Assembly: GCA_030650275.1 (NCBI GenBank)
Contig: JAUSEK010000023.1
Location: 199,729-263,728, forward strand
Length of the DNA stretch: 64,000 nucleotides
Reading direction: 5' to 3'
DNA from: Candidatus Omnitrophota bacterium
GTDB lineage: Bacteria > Omnitrophota > Gorgyraeia > Zapsychrales > Fredricksoniimonadaceae
Under the pieces are notes generated by a model. The model ran no database searches and had not been told where the DNA came from. It saw nothing but the letters and a program-made list of their open reading frames with translations. How positions within the stretch are numbered: the first letter of the stretch is position 1; each line of letters starts with the position of its first letter. A program made the position numbers and the translations under genes. Positions 1-10,806 of the stretch are shown here, in pieces.

Positions 1-1632
1 GGGGGAGCGATCAATTTTGTGACCAAGGAACCCTATGCCGCGGGACCCTTTGCCTTAGTGACGGAAAACGCTGGTGGAAGTCACGGCCTCTACTCTCATT
101 ATACCGGTATCAGCGGTACGCTGGATCATGCCGGTTATTATGCCTATGTCCACCACCGCCAGTCCCAGGGTTTTCGTGATCATAACAGCCAATCGGAAGT
201 TTATTATGGCGGTTCAAAAGTGCAATGGAATGGCCCATCGGATGCCCGTTGGGGTCTGGATTTCGATATTTACAATGAAAAACACGGGGAACCCGGCGGG
301 CTTACCCGTGCGGATTTTGACGGCGATCCCCATAAAACCACCCGGCTCAATGATCATTTTGAATTAAATCGTTATGCCGGGGCATTGAATTTTGAGAAAG
401 ATCTGGATGAAGCCAAATCTTTGTACTGGAAAACGTTCGGCGGATATTATCAGCGGTTGAGCTGGCGCCAGCGCGGCGGCGGTTTTGGAACATTGCCCAG
501 CGGCGCGGCGTCTTGGACCAATGACATCCAGGACCAGGAATTTTATAGCGCGGGAACGGAAGGCCGGTTTAAAGAAACTTATGATGCGTTCGGTTTTAAC
601 GACCATGTGTTGACAGGGGGGATATTGTATTACCACTCTACGTCACCGCGCAGCGACAAGCGCGGAACATCGGCCGATGCGGATGACGGTGACCTTCGTC
701 AAAAAAGCCGCCGGACCATGAATACGGTGTCCGTTTTTGCTGAAAATCTGTTTCGTCTGGGGCGTTTGATGGTCACCCCGGGCGTACGTTTGGAGAATAT
801 TTGGCAGGGGATCAAGGAGAAAGAAAATCTGGATAAAACAACGGTCCCTTTAGCGGATGATCGCCAATATGATTTTGTTCCGCTGTTTGGTTTGGGAATG
901 GAGTATGAGATCACTCCCAAGGCGCAGGTTTATACCAATATTTCTCAAAGCTACCGGCCCAAGACGTTCGCGCAGGCCGTCCCCACCGGCAGCGGCCAAA
1001 CCGTCAACGGTGATCTGGAGGAAGGCAATGGGTGGGAAGTGGATTTCGGCGTGCGCGGCCGTCCGGTGGATTTCTACAATTGGGACATCAATTATTTCTT
1101 TATGCGTTTTGATGATCAGATCGGCACGTCCGGTACGACGGTGGACAATGTCGGCGACGCGGCCCATCAAGGTGTGGAGCTGGCCAATCAATTGGACCTG
1201 ATCGGCGTTTTTGATGCCCTCAATGACACGTCGCATGGCAAGAACTTGGGACAATTGGATCTTTTCGCGAATATCATGGTGCTGGATGCCCGTTTTATTG
1301 AGGGACCCAATAAAGGTAAAACGCCCCAGTATGCGCCGGATTTTATTTTTAAGACCGGGTTGGAGTACCATAAGGACAGGATGAAGCTGCGCTTGAGCGG
1401 AACGTTCGTCGACGATCATTTCGGCAACGACACCAACACAACGCAGTTTCTGGTGCCTTCCTATAAGGTCTGGGACCTGACGACGGATGTGAAGGTTTAT
1501 AAGGACATGGTGAGTATTTTTGGAGGCATCAATAATCTCTTTGATGAACATTATTATGCCCGCGTGAATGCCGGCGGCATTGATCCTGCGGACGGGCGTA
1601 ATTACTACGGAGGGTTAAAGTTTATATGGTAA
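1..1632 (+). CDS. TonB-dependent outer-membrane receptor, C-terminal beta-barrel part; 5' end lies outside the window
   Basis: Open frame runs from position 1. Translation has beta-barrel-like alternating strands and the C-terminal aromatic end ...NYYGGLKFIW typical of TBDRs. Followed directly by exbB/exbD/tonB. Confidence 0.7.
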   Translation, partial: GGAINFVTKEPYAAGPFALVTENAGGSHGLYSHYTGISGTLDHAGYYAYVHHRQSQGFRDHNSQSEVYYGGSKVQWNGPSDARWGLDFDIYNEKHGEPGGLTRADFDGDPHKTTRLNDHFELNRYAGALNFEKDLDEAKSLYWKTFGGYYQRLSWRQRGGGFGTLPSGAASWTNDIQDQEFYSAGTEGRFKETYDAFGFNDHVLTGGILYYHSTSPRSDKRGTSADADDGDLRQKSRRTMNTVSVFAENLFRLGRLMVTPGVRLENIWQGIKEKENLDKTTVPLADDRQYDFVPLFGLGMEYEITPKAQVYTNISQSYRPKTFAQAVPTGSGQTVNGDLEEGNGWEVDFGVRGRPVDFYNWDINYFFMRFDDQIGTSGTTVDNVGDAAHQGVELANQLDLIGVFDALNDTSHGKNLGQLDLFANIMVLDARFIEGPNKGKTPQYAPDFIFKTGLEYHKDRMKLRLSGTFVDDHFGNDTNTTQFLVPSYKVWDLTTDVKVYKDMVSIFGGINNLFDEHYYARVNAGGIDPADGRNYYGGLKFIW

Positions 1633-2234
1633 CCATATTCCAAAAGGGCGGACCGGTCATGTGGCCGCTGCTTATTACCTCCATCGTGGCATTGACTGTT
1701 GTGATCGAACGCTTTATTTTTATTCTCCGCGAACGCCGCCGCCGGAGCCACGGCGCCGTTGAACAGATCCTGGCCAACGTCGAGCGCGGGAATGTGGACG
1801 CGGCGGTCAAATGCGGCCAGCAGACGCAGGATTTTGTGGCAAGGACGCTGGTCTATAGCCTGGTGCACCGCCAGCAGTCATTTTCCAACGCGCTTTTGCT
1901 GGCGGCCAACCAGGAACTCAAACGGTTCAGTCAGGGGCTTTCGACGCTGGACACCATCATCACGCTGGCCCCGCTGCTGGGCCTTTTGGGCACGGTCACC
2001 GGCATGATCCGCGCGTTCGGTCTTTTAGGGACCAAGGAGCTTGAGGCCCCGACGGTGATCACCGGCGGGATCTCAGAGGCGCTCATCGCCACGGCCTTTG
2101 GTCTTTTCATCGCCATCATCGCGCTGATCCCGTTCAATTATTTGAACAGCCAGCTGGAAGACGCCCGGCATGAGATCGAGGATGCGGCCACCTATCTTGA
2201 GCTTTTGATCGTCAAACTGGCAAACAGGCCATGA
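1626..2234 (+). CDS. exbB: MotA/TolQ/ExbB proton-channel protein
   Basis: N-terminal 'KGGPVMWPLLITSIVALTVVIERFI' and three TM segments match the ExbB/TolQ family. Start overlaps the receptor stop. Confidence 0.8.
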   Translation: MVTIFQKGGPVMWPLLITSIVALTVVIERFIFILRERRRRSHGAVEQILANVERGNVDAAVKCGQQTQDFVARTLVYSLVHRQQSFSNALLLAANQELKRFSQGLSTLDTIITLAPLLGLLGTVTGMIRAFGLLGTKELEAPTVITGGISEALIATAFGLFIAIIALIPFNYLNSQLEDARHEIEDAATYLELLIVKLANRP

Positions 2235-2659
2235 GAATACCTTTACCGGTTGCCAAGAAACGCCCCAGGATCGAGATCATCCCTTTGATCGACATTATTT
2301 TTTTCCTGCTGGCGACCTTTGTCATGGTTTCTTTGTCCATGGTCCGTAATCAGGGCATTTCCGTCCATTTGCCGGCGGCGGCAACGTCAACGGCACAGGA
2401 ACCCAAGGCGCCCGCCGTTACCCTCACTGTCACCGATCAGGGGGATGTCTACCTGGACAAGGAAAGCGTGACCTTTGAGGCCATGTCGGCGCGCCTGAAA
2501 CAAATGAAGGCGCAAGATCCGGACATTAAGGTGTTCATTAACGGCGATGAAAAAGCGTATTTCGGAAAGGCCATCGCCGTTCTCGATGAAGTCAGACGGT
2601 TGGGGATCGCCAAAGTTTCGATCCGGACAAAGGCGGCGGCGTCATCCCGCGGGATTTGA
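2231..2659 (+). CDS. exbD: ExbD/TolR biopolymer transport protein
   Basis: ~140 aa with a single N-terminal TM ('IPLIDIIFFLLATFV') and a periplasmic domain. ATGA overlap with exbB. Confidence 0.8.
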   Translation: MRIPLPVAKKRPRIEIIPLIDIIFFLLATFVMVSLSMVRNQGISVHLPAAATSTAQEPKAPAVTLTVTDQGDVYLDKESVTFEAMSARLKQMKAQDPDIKVFINGDEKAYFGKAIAVLDEVRRLGIAKVSIRTKAAASSRGI

Positions 2660-3225
2660 TCATGAACGTTGCGTCCGAGCGTATAAGATTGAAAGATACG
2701 ACTTGCCCGCTCATTCGTCTGGATACGGCCAGGAAGCGGGACAGACCGTTAAGTTTTTCCCTTTCCTTGCTGCTGCATATCCTCATCTTTTTTCTTGTCG
2801 GCATATCTTTGATCAAACCCGCGCAGTTCGGGGTGGACGAAGGTATGGGTAGTGTTGAGATCGACCTTGTGCCCGCTTTGGAAGAGATCGCCCCGCAGGA
2901 AAGCGTTGTGCCGCCGATGATCGTCCAATCCACAGGCGGCGCCATCACCGAGACCAAACCCGATTATCTCAAAAACCCGGCACCTGTATATCCCGAGTCC
3001 GCGCGCCGTCGGGGACAGGAAGGGTTGGTGCTCTTGAGCGTCGCGGTGGATAAAAACGGCCTTCCTCAGGCCGTGGAGATCAAGAAAAGCAGCAGTTTTA
3101 CCTTGCTGGATAATGCGGCTGTCAAGAGCATCCGTGCCTGGAAGTTCCAGCCCGGGCGCATCGGTTCCCTGCCGGTGGATTCCAACGTCGAGATCCGTGT
3201 CCGCTTTCAATTAACATCGCCGTGA
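2656..3225 (+). CDS. tonB: TonB energy transducer (C-terminal TonB domain)
   Basis: C-terminal 'YPESARRRGQEGLVLLSVAVDKNGLPQAVEIKKSSSFTLLDNAAVKSIRAWKFQP' matches the TonB C-terminal domain. Overlapping start with exbD. Confidence 0.7.
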   Translation: MIMNVASERIRLKDTTCPLIRLDTARKRDRPLSFSLSLLLHILIFFLVGISLIKPAQFGVDEGMGSVEIDLVPALEEIAPQESVVPPMIVQSTGGAITETKPDYLKNPAPVYPESARRRGQEGLVLLSVAVDKNGLPQAVEIKKSSSFTLLDNAAVKSIRAWKFQPGRIGSLPVDSNVEIRVRFQLTSP

Positions 3226-3233
3226 GTTATGAA

Positions 3234-4649
3234 TTATTTCTTCGGACGGTAGATATGCGTGGAAGAACCGAAGAAGGATTCGGCGGCTTCCATGATGGTT
3301 TCAGAGAGCGTTGGATGCGGATGGATGGACAGTTTCAGGTCTTTGACCACAGACCCCATTTCAACGGCAACAACCCCTTCAGCGATCATTTCCCCGGCAC
3401 CAACCCCGACAATACCGATCCCCAGAACACGTTCGGTCTTGGGATCAACGAGGATCTTGGTCAGCCCGTCCTGACGGCCAAGGGTCAAAGCACGGCCTGA
3501 CGCGCCCCAGGGGAATTTGACGACGCGGATTTCCTGACCTGTTTTTTGCGCATCTGTTTCGGTCAGGCCGCACCAGGCAATTTCCGGGTCGGTGAAAACG
3601 ACCGCGGGGATGGCGCGCGGCTCAAAGGCGACTTTATGCCCGGCAATGGCTTCGGCCGCCACGAGACCTTCATGGGTGGCCTTGTGGGCGAGCATGGGGT
3701 CACCGGCAACGTCGCCGATGGCGTAAATGTTCGGATCATTGGTCCGGCGCTGGTCATTGACCTCAACGAAACCGCGCGCGTTGACCTTGACCTTGGTGTT
3801 CTCCAAGCCCAGGCCTTCCGAATTGGGTTTGCGGCCGACGGATACCAGCACTTGATCGTAATCTTCCTTGAATTCCTTGCCGTCCTTGTCCGCGAAAGTG
3901 ACGGTGATCCCGTCCTTGTTTTCTTCCATCTTGACGACCTTGGTTTCCAGCATGATCCTGGCGAACAGGCCCTTGACGCGTTTGTAAAGCACATCCGCCA
4001 GATCGCGGTCAGCGCCCGGTAAAAGTCCGGGCATCATTTCCACGACGGAAATTTTGGCGCCCAGTTCATGATACACGGTGCCCAATTCCATGCCGATATA
4101 TCCGCCGCCCACGACCAAAAGACGGCCGGGCACGGCGTCCATGTCCAAAGCAGATGTCGAGTCCCAAATGTGTCGAGATTTAGGTAAGTTAGGCATGGCT
4201 GACGGCCGCGAACCCGTGGCCAGAATGGCTTTCTCAAATGACAGATCTTCAACGATGCCGTCAGATTTTTTGATCTTCAATGCGGAGGAATTGACGAACA
4301 CGGCTTCACCCTGAATGTATCTGATCTTGCGCTGTTTGGTCAAGGCGCCCAAACCGCCGGTGAGTTTGGCGACAACGCTTTTTTTCCAGTCGCGCAGTTT
4401 GTTGATATCAATTTTGGGCGCGCCGTAGGCGATTCCGAAATCAGCGGCGTGCCTGGCCTCGGAGATCACCTTGGCCGCGTGCAGATAGGTTTTGGAGGGG
4501 ATACAGCCGCGGTATAAACACACGCCGCCGGGGTTTGCCTCTTTGTCCACCAAAGCGACGCTTAATCCTAAGTCCGCGGCCTTAAACGCGGCCGCATAAC
4601 CGCCGGGACCGGCGCCGATCACGACCAGTTGGACGGGGGACAAAGACAT
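3234..4649 (-). CDS. lpdA: dihydrolipoyl dehydrogenase (E3)
   Basis: FAD motif 'VVIGAGPGGY', redox-active 'GGVCLYRGCIPSK', 471 aa. Sits directly downstream of E2. Confidence 0.9.
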   Translation of the reverse strand: MSLSPVQLVVIGAGPGGYAAAFKAADLGLSVALVDKEANPGGVCLYRGCIPSKTYLHAAKVISEARHAADFGIAYGAPKIDINKLRDWKKSVVAKLTGGLGALTKQRKIRYIQGEAVFVNSSALKIKKSDGIVEDLSFEKAILATGSRPSAMPNLPKSRHIWDSTSALDMDAVPGRLLVVGGGYIGMELGTVYHELGAKISVVEMMPGLLPGADRDLADVLYKRVKGLFARIMLETKVVKMEENKDGITVTFADKDGKEFKEDYDQVLVSVGRKPNSEGLGLENTKVKVNARGFVEVNDQRRTNDPNIYAIGDVAGDPMLAHKATHEGLVAAEAIAGHKVAFEPRAIPAVVFTDPEIAWCGLTETDAQKTGQEIRVVKFPWGASGRALTLGRQDGLTKILVDPKTERVLGIGIVGVGAGEMIAEGVVAVEMGSVVKDLKLSIHPHPTLSETIMEAAESFFGSSTHIYRPKK

Positions 4650-5915
4650 TTAGATGGCTCCGGGATTTTGCAGGGCTTCGGCAATAAAGCGGATGAAGCG
4701 CGCGCCGTCCGCGCCGTCAATGACACGGTGGTCGTAGGACAGGGACAAGGGAAGCATGAGCCGCGCGACGAATTGATCTTCCGCATATACCTGCTCCATG
4801 ACCCCGCGGGAAACGCCGAGGATGGCGACCTCCGGCCAATTAACAATGGGGGCAAAGAACGTTCCGCCGATACCGCCTAAGTTTGAAATGCTGAAACATC
4901 CGCCCTGCATTTCTTCAATAGTGGTCTTGCGCGCGCGGGCGCGCTCGGCAAGGACTGTCAGTTCGTCGGAGATCTGCAAAACGGTTTTCTGGTCCGCGTT
5001 CTTGATGACCGGCACCAGAAGCCCGCGGTCGGTGTCCACCGCAACGCCGATATTGCAATAGTCCTTATACACGATCTCATGGGCGGCCATGTCAATGGAA
5101 GCGTTGAACTGCGGGAAACGTTTTAAAGCCGCGGCCGTGACCTTGACCAAGAACGGCGTGACGGACAATTTTTTTCCTTCGCCGGCCAAATCTTTGCGCA
5201 GTTGTTCCAGTTCCGTGATGTCCGCTTTGTCAAATTGGGTGACATGGGGGATGGCTTGCCACGCGTGCGAAAGGTGTTCCGCTGTCTTGCGGCGCACATT
5301 GTTCATGGCTTCGCGTTTGACGTTGCCCCATTTGCTGAAATTCGGCAGGGAGGGCTGGGCCGTAGGGCCTGCTGCGCCGCCTGTAATGATGCGCTTGGCG
5401 TAGGCCTTGACGTCGTCGGTGGAAATGCGGCCGCCGGAGCCCGTGCCGGGCACCTGGGCGATATCAATGCCGATCTCACGCGCGAACAAACGCACGGACG
5501 GCGCGGCATGAACGTCCTTGCGCACAGGCATATAAAAAGGCGTTTGCGGCGCTGACGTCGCAACCGGAGCCGCTGTCGGTGTCTGGCTCTCTATTTTGTC
5601 ACCCCCGAATGTTTTTATCGGGGGTCCATCTTTTTGGATTCCCGCTTTCGCGGGAATGACAGGAGAGGTTAAAAGTTCGTCTTGTTGAATTCTGAACACC
5701 GGCTGCCCAACCTTGACCGTGGCCCCGGCCTTGACCAAAATTTCTTTAATGACGCCGTTGTGCTGGGAAGGGACTTCCAAAACCGCCTTGTCCGTTTCCA
5801 GTTCAAGGATGTTCTGGCCTTTTTTAAGCGCGTCGCCGGCCTTGACTAAGACCTTAGTCACGGTGCCTGCGGCGATATTCTCTCCCAGTTCGGGTAAAAA
5901 TATGTCGAGCAGCAT
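4650..5915 (-). CDS. aceF: dihydrolipoamide acetyltransferase (E2) of the pyruvate dehydrogenase complex
   Basis: N-terminal lipoyl domain ('LETDKAVLEVPS'), E3-binding domain ('PSVRLFAREIGIDIAQV') and catalytic 'DHRVIDGA'. The linker carries an in-frame repeat element (see findings). Confidence 0.85.
   Translation of the reverse strand: MLLDIFLPELGENIAAGTVTKVLVKAGDALKKGQNILELETDKAVLEVPSQHNGVIKEILVKAGATVKVGQPVFRIQQDELLTSPVIPAKAGIQKDGPPIKTFGGDKIESQTPTAAPVATSAPQTPFYMPVRKDVHAAPSVRLFAREIGIDIAQVPGTGSGGRISTDDVKAYAKRIITGGAAGPTAQPSLPNFSKWGNVKREAMNNVRRKTAEHLSHAWQAIPHVTQFDKADITELEQLRKDLAGEGKKLSVTPFLVKVTAAALKRFPQFNASIDMAAHEIVYKDYCNIGVAVDTDRGLLVPVIKNADQKTVLQISDELTVLAERARARKTTIEEMQGGCFSISNLGGIGGTFFAPIVNWPEVAILGVSRGVMEQVYAEDQFVARLMLPLSLSYDHRVIDGADGARFIRFIAEALQNPGAI
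5595..5660. repeat. two-hairpin palindromic repeat element, copy inside aceF
   Basis: TTGTCACCCCCGAATGTTTTTATCGGGGGTCCA...GGATTCCCGCTTTCGCGGGAATGACA. Near-identical copies lie at 21321-21402 and 33893-33972. Confidence 0.8.
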
Positions 5916-5924
5916 AGCGTTCCC

Positions 5925-8597
5925 TTATGAAACCATGGGATTTAATTTTTTTGGGTCAATGGGCAGTTCTTTTTGCGCACGGGCCAGCACGTCCGCGCCG
6001 ATCTTTTTTTCATTGTGCAGGGTCACCAGGGCGGCCCAGACAATGTGTTTGGCGTCCACTTCAAAGAAATCACGCAGGGCTTCGCGGCTTTCGCTGCGGC
6101 CGAACCCGTCGGTGCCAAGCGCCGTGAACGGGCCGGGGACCCATTGCCGGATGCTGTCCGGCAGGGTTTTCATGTAATCGGACGCGGCGATGAAAACGCC
6201 CTGCTCGCCTTTTAAGATTTGGGTGATGTACGGCACTTTTTTGGCGCGCGGATCCAAAAGGTTCGCGCGCTCCACGTTGAGCGCTTCGCGGCGCAGTTCA
6301 TTGTAACTGGTGATGCTCCACACGTCGGCGGCCACATGATACTTTTCTTCCAGGACCTTTTGCGCTTCCAGGACCTGGTTCATGATGGCCCCGCTGCCGA
6401 ACAGATGCGCGCGCAAGGGGAATTTCTTTGACGTTTTGCTGTAGCGGTAAAGCCCTTTGATGATGCCGTCCTTGACGCCCTCGGGCATGGCCGGCATGGG
6501 GTAATTTTCATTGCCGACGCTCAAATAATAAAAGACACTGTCCTGTTTTTCGTACATCCGGTAAATGCCGTTGCGGATGATGACCGCGATCTCGTAGGCA
6601 AACGCCGGGTCATAGGAGACAAGGTTGGGCACCGTTGAGGTCAGCAGGTGCGTGTGGCCGTCCTGGTGCTGGAGGCCTTCGCCGTTAAGCGTGGTGCGTC
6701 CTGATGTTGCTCCGACGAGAAATCCTTTGCAGCGCAGGTCCCCGGACGCCCAGACCAGGTCCCCGACGCGCTGGGGGCCGAACATGGAATAATAGGTGTA
6801 GAAAGGGATGGTGTTGATGTTGTGCGTGGCATAGGCCGTGCCCGCGGCGATAAATGACGATATGGAACCGGCCTCGTTGATGCCCTCTTCAAGGATCTGC
6901 CCGTCCTTGGCTTCTTTGTAATAGATCAAACTGTCGGAGTCCACCGGTTCATACAATTGGCCGACGTGGGAATAAATGCCGACCTGGCGGAACAGGCCTT
7001 CCATCCCGAATGTGCGCGCCTCGTCGGGAATGATGGGAACAATGAACTTACCGATCTTTTCGTCGCGCAATAATTTGGAGAGCACGCGCACATACGCCAT
7101 CGTGGTGGAGACCGCGCGGCCTTCGGTGCCTTTGTAAAATTCTTCGAACAGTTCTTCGGCCGGGGTTTGCAAAGGCGCGCTGTCGGTGCGCCGCGATGGC
7201 AGATAACCGCCCAGTTTCTTGCGGCATTCGCGCAGGTATTGCATTTCCGGGGAATTTTCTTCCGGTTTATAGAACGGCGCTTTGGCGATATCTTTGTCGG
7301 CAATAGGGATATTGAACCGCGAGCGGAATTCTTTCAACTCTTCTTCGTTGAGTTTTTTCTGCTGATGGGTGATGTTCTTGCCTTCGCCGCTTTCGCCCAG
7401 ACCGTAGCCCTTGATGGTCTTGGCGAGGATGACGGTCGGCGCGCCTTTGTATTCGACGGCGGCTTTGTAGGCGGCATACACTTTTTCCGGGTCATGCCCG
7501 CCGCGGCGCATCTTGCGGATGTCTTCGTCGGAGAGATTTTTGGCCATGTCCAGCAGGCGCGGGTCTTTGCCGAAGAAATGTTCGCGCACGTAGGCGCCGG
7601 AGGAAACGGTGTATTTTTGATACTCGCCGTCCACTGCCTCGCCCATGCGCCGGGCCAAAAGGCCTTCGCTGTCTTTTTCCAATAAAGGGTCCCAGTCATC
7701 ACCCCAAATGACCTTGATGACGTTCCAGCCCGCGCCCCTGAACAACGCTTCCAGTTCTTGGATGATCTTGCCGTTGCCGCGCACCGGGCCGTCTAAGCGC
7801 TGGAGATTGCAGTTGATGACGAAGATGAGATTGTCCAGTTTTTCGCGGGAGGCCATGGTCAAGGCGCCCAGCGATTCCGGTTCGTCGCTTTCGCCGTCGC
7901 CCATGAACACCCAGACCTTATGACCGTCCTTGGGTTTAAGCCCGCGGTCTTCCAGATAGCGGTTGAACCGCGCCTGGTAAATGCCCATGATGGGGGCCAG
8001 CCCCATGGACACCGTCGGGAATTCCCAAAAATCAGGCATCAGCCACGGGTGAGGATACGACGAAAGGCCGCCGCCGGGCTGCAATTCACGACGGAAATTG
8101 ACCATATTTTGTTCGGTGAGACGGCCTTCCACAAAAGCGCGGGCATAAATACCCGGGGAGGCATGGCCCTGAAAATAGACCTGGTCCCCGATGCCGTCGG
8201 GACCCTTGGCTTTGAAAAAGTGGTTGAACCCGATCTCGTAAAGGGTGGCGGAAGAGGCGTAGGTGGAAATGTGACCGCCGATGCCGTCGGCAACTTTATT
8301 GGCGCGCACCACCATGGCCATGGCGTTCCAGCGGATGATGCTTTTGATCCTGCGCTCCAATTCCCGGTTCCCGGGGAACTGGGGCTGTTTTTCTTTGGTA
8401 ATGGTGTTGATGTAGGGGGTGTTGAGGGTAAAAGGGAGGGTGACCCCGCTTTCCTGGGCCCGGATCTGCAATTGCTGTAGAAGGTATTGGACCCGCTCGG
8501 GGCTGCCGTTGTTCAGCACATAGTCCAGGGACGCCAGCCATTCCTTAAGTTCAATATCATCCATGACCGGAACGCTCTTTTTTACGTGATCGCTCAT
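5925..8597 (-). CDS. aceE: pyruvate dehydrogenase E1 component, homodimeric AceE type
   Basis: 890 aa. N-terminus '[21 protein letters not shown]...' and overall length match AceE. First gene of the aceE-aceF-lpdA operon. Confidence 0.9.
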   Translation of the reverse strand: MSDHVKKSVPVMDDIELKEWLASLDYVLNNGSPERVQYLLQQLQIRAQESGVTLPFTLNTPYINTITKEKQPQFPGNRELERRIKSIIRWNAMAMVVRANKVADGIGGHISTYASSATLYEIGFNHFFKAKGPDGIGDQVYFQGHASPGIYARAFVEGRLTEQNMVNFRRELQPGGGLSSYPHPWLMPDFWEFPTVSMGLAPIMGIYQARFNRYLEDRGLKPKDGHKVWVFMGDGESDEPESLGALTMASREKLDNLIFVINCNLQRLDGPVRGNGKIIQELEALFRGAGWNVIKVIWGDDWDPLLEKDSEGLLARRMGEAVDGEYQKYTVSSGAYVREHFFGKDPRLLDMAKNLSDEDIRKMRRGGHDPEKVYAAYKAAVEYKGAPTVILAKTIKGYGLGESGEGKNITHQQKKLNEEELKEFRSRFNIPIADKDIAKAPFYKPEENSPEMQYLRECRKKLGGYLPSRRTDSAPLQTPAEELFEEFYKGTEGRAVSTTMAYVRVLSKLLRDEKIGKFIVPIIPDEARTFGMEGLFRQVGIYSHVGQLYEPVDSDSLIYYKEAKDGQILEEGINEAGSISSFIAAGTAYATHNINTIPFYTYYSMFGPQRVGDLVWASGDLRCKGFLVGATSGRTTLNGEGLQHQDGHTHLLTSTVPNLVSYDPAFAYEIAVIIRNGIYRMYEKQDSVFYYLSVGNENYPMPAMPEGVKDGIIKGLYRYSKTSKKFPLRAHLFGSGAIMNQVLEAQKVLEEKYHVAADVWSITSYNELRREALNVERANLLDPRAKKVPYITQILKGEQGVFIAASDYMKTLPDSIRQWVPGPFTALGTDGFGRSESREALRDFFEVDAKHIVWAALVTLHNEKKIGADVLARAQKELPIDPKKLNPMVS

Positions 8598-8619
8598 AAA
8601 AACCTCTTATTGTTATATA

Positions 8620-8704
8620 TGGTGCCGGAGGAGAGATTTGAACTCTCAAGGCTTTCGCCATACGCTTCTGAGGCGTACGCGTATACCAATTCCGCCACCC
8701 CGGC
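8620..8704 (-). tRNA. tRNA-Leu (anticodon CAG), long variable arm
   Basis: Reverse complement folds as a cloverleaf: acceptor GCCGGGG/CTCCGGC, anticodon loop CTCAGAA, long variable arm, T-loop GTTCAAATC, encoded CCA. Confidence 0.8.
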
Positions 8705-8892
8705 AAAATGACTTCCCAATGAAGATTTAAGAGTATAAACCGTCCAGAATTGTATGTCAAGGCAGAGCTTCCACAAATCAACAAGAACAACTTCAGCAAA
8801 GCTCAACGCAGTGCAAACTTCCTTAGACCAATCAGAACAACCATAACAAAGTTTGCCAATACATACGTTTATTTGTGTTATAATTTTTCCCT

Positions 8893-9849
8893 ATGTTGAC
8901 CTTAAGTTTCCAAACCGCGGCCGGGGCTGTCCTGCAGGTCTTCCTGATGGGGCTGGTCGGGTATGTCCTGACTAAAAGGGGGGTTTTAGACCAAAACGGC
9001 TTGAAATTGCTCTCCCGCCTGAACATTCAGGTCTTTTTCCCCTTATTTGTCTTTTACCAGTTCATCAGCCATTTTGACTTCAAAGCCATCCCTTTCTGGT
9101 GGGTCTTTCCGCTGATCAGTTTTGGCATCACCCTGACAGGTTTGGGTGTGGCGTCCTTGCTTTTGGCCTTTCGTAAGTCACCTGTTAAGAACGAGTTTAA
9201 GGCGGTGATCGCCCTGCATAATGCCGGACATATTCCTTTATTATTGGCCGCGACCCTGCCCTTGGGCAGTCAATCCCCGGTTTTGTATATCTATATCATC
9301 CTGTCGCTCATCGGGTTTGACCTGTCCCTATGGTCGTTGGGCGTATGGCTGTTGACGCGCAAAGCCGGTTCGGGCGTTGATTTTAGAAATCTGGTCAATC
9401 CGCCTCTGACAGCCATGGCTTTTGGTCTGGTTTTAGTGTTTTTGGGATGGAATACAGCCATTCCTGAATTGATCACCAAACCGGTCCATATCCTGGGGGA
9501 TTGCGCTTTGCCTTTGATCATGGTCACGATCGGCGGGAATCTGGCCATGACACGTTTGAACAGGGACAATGCTTTTGACCTGACGCGGGTGTGCGCGGCA
9601 AAACTGATCATCATGCCGGCGCTGGCTTTGCTTGCTGTGTCGGTGTTAAGGCCGGACCCGCTCATCGGGCTTTTGATCATCATTCAGTCCGCGGTGCCGT
9701 CGGCCATGACGCTGTCCATCATCGGCCGGCATTATGACATCAAGAACCAGGATTTCGTCAACCAGGCGATCTTTTTCACCCATTTGGCCTGCATCATCAC
9801 CTTACCGGTCGCGCTGGCCTTGTATGGGGGGCTGCTTTATGGCCATTAA
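8893..9849 (+). CDS. AEC (auxin efflux carrier)-family membrane transporter
   Basis: ~10 TM helices. N-terminal 'LQVFLMGLVGYVL' and the two-repeat topology match AEC/malate permease-like proteins. Confidence 0.55.
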   Translation: MLTLSFQTAAGAVLQVFLMGLVGYVLTKRGVLDQNGLKLLSRLNIQVFFPLFVFYQFISHFDFKAIPFWWVFPLISFGITLTGLGVASLLLAFRKSPVKNEFKAVIALHNAGHIPLLLAATLPLGSQSPVLYIYIILSLIGFDLSLWSLGVWLLTRKAGSGVDFRNLVNPPLTAMAFGLVLVFLGWNTAIPELITKPVHILGDCALPLIMVTIGGNLAMTRLNRDNAFDLTRVCAAKLIIMPALALLAVSVLRPDPLIGLLIIIQSAVPSAMTLSIIGRHYDIKNQDFVNQAIFFTHLACIITLPVALALYGGLLYGH

Positions 9850-10297
9850 AGTCATCGTCACCAATAAAAAAGCGTATCATAATTTCCATCTGCTGGACAA
9901 GTGGGAATGCGGCATCGCGCTCGTCGGGCCGGAGGTGAAGTCCTTAAGGGCCGGCCACGCCAGTTTCACCGACGCTTTCGCCAACACGGACAAGGGCGAA
10001 CTGTTCTTGCACAACCTGCACATCAACCCGTATCAGCAGGCCAGTTTCATGAATCCGGAAGTGGACCGGCCGCGCAAATTGCTTTTGCACAAGAAAGAGG
10101 TGGAACGCATCACCGGGCTTTTGTCGCGCACAGGCCTGACGCTGGTGCCGACGAAGATCTATTTCAACAGCCGGGGTTTGGTGAAGGTGGAGATCGCCTC
10201 GGGGCAGGGCAAAAAATTGTACGACAAGCGTGAAGACATCAAAAAACGCGAGACCAAACGCGACATGGACCGCGCGATCAAGGGGTATAAACGATAA
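9839..10297 (+). CDS. smpB: SsrA-binding protein SmpB
   Basis: 'MAIKVIVTNKKAYHNFHLLDKWECGIALVGPEVKSLRAG...' is a canonical SmpB. Start chosen at the internal ATG 9839; the longer ORF overlaps the upstream transporter. Confidence 0.9.
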   Translation: MAIKVIVTNKKAYHNFHLLDKWECGIALVGPEVKSLRAGHASFTDAFANTDKGELFLHNLHINPYQQASFMNPEVDRPRKLLLHKKEVERITGLLSRTGLTLVPTKIYFNSRGLVKVEIASGQGKKLYDKREDIKKRETKRDMDRAIKGYKR

Positions 10298-10300
10298 AGA

Positions 10301-10708
10301 TGGTGGAGGTGCCGGGGATCGAACCCGGGTCCTTGAGTTTCAAAGCATAAGCGTCTACGATGCGTAGTTTGTCTTTTAAGTCTCATCCCTCATGCCCCGG
10401 CAAACAGGCTCATTTTGGGACCAGCCCTCAAGGTCTCGCTCCATGAATGAAGGCGGGCTCATGGAGCCAGTCTGCTCATGACCTTTTGTCCTGCCCGCAG
10501 ACACGGCAGGCAAAAGGGCTAAGCTACGAGAGCTTAGACAGCAACGGCTTCAGCCGGAGCTTCGCTTTTGGCGAATTCCGACATGACGCCGTTATACGTT
10601 AACGTTGAGTTAGCGTTTAATTGTGCCTGGATTTTTGTCGAGGCCTACCAGACTTCCCCGGCACGCAACCTATGCCCGAACAACACAAGTCGAGACCAAG
10701 TCACCCCC
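10301..10708 (-). ncRNA. ssrA: tmRNA (ssrA)
   Basis: On the minus strand the 5' end reads GGGGGUGACUUGGUCUCGAC... and the 3' end ...GGGUUCGAUCCCCGGCACCUCCACCA, a tRNA-Ala-like acceptor with T-arm and CCA. A candidate tag frame ends ...GCC GUU GCU GUC UAA. Confidence 0.8.
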
Positions 10709-10806
10709 ATATCTGAAAGAGCGGAAAATACGGTATTAGTATAACGGAAATACCCTGTTCTGGCAAATTTAAGTGGGTTGACGGCGTTGGAGCTATGGTA
10801 TAATAT

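Noticed and set aside
8853-8884. TTGCCA ... TGTTATAAT promoter-like motif upstream of the AEC transporter gene
   Set aside because: The spacer is ~20 nt, too long for a confident sigma70 call. Not reported as a feature.
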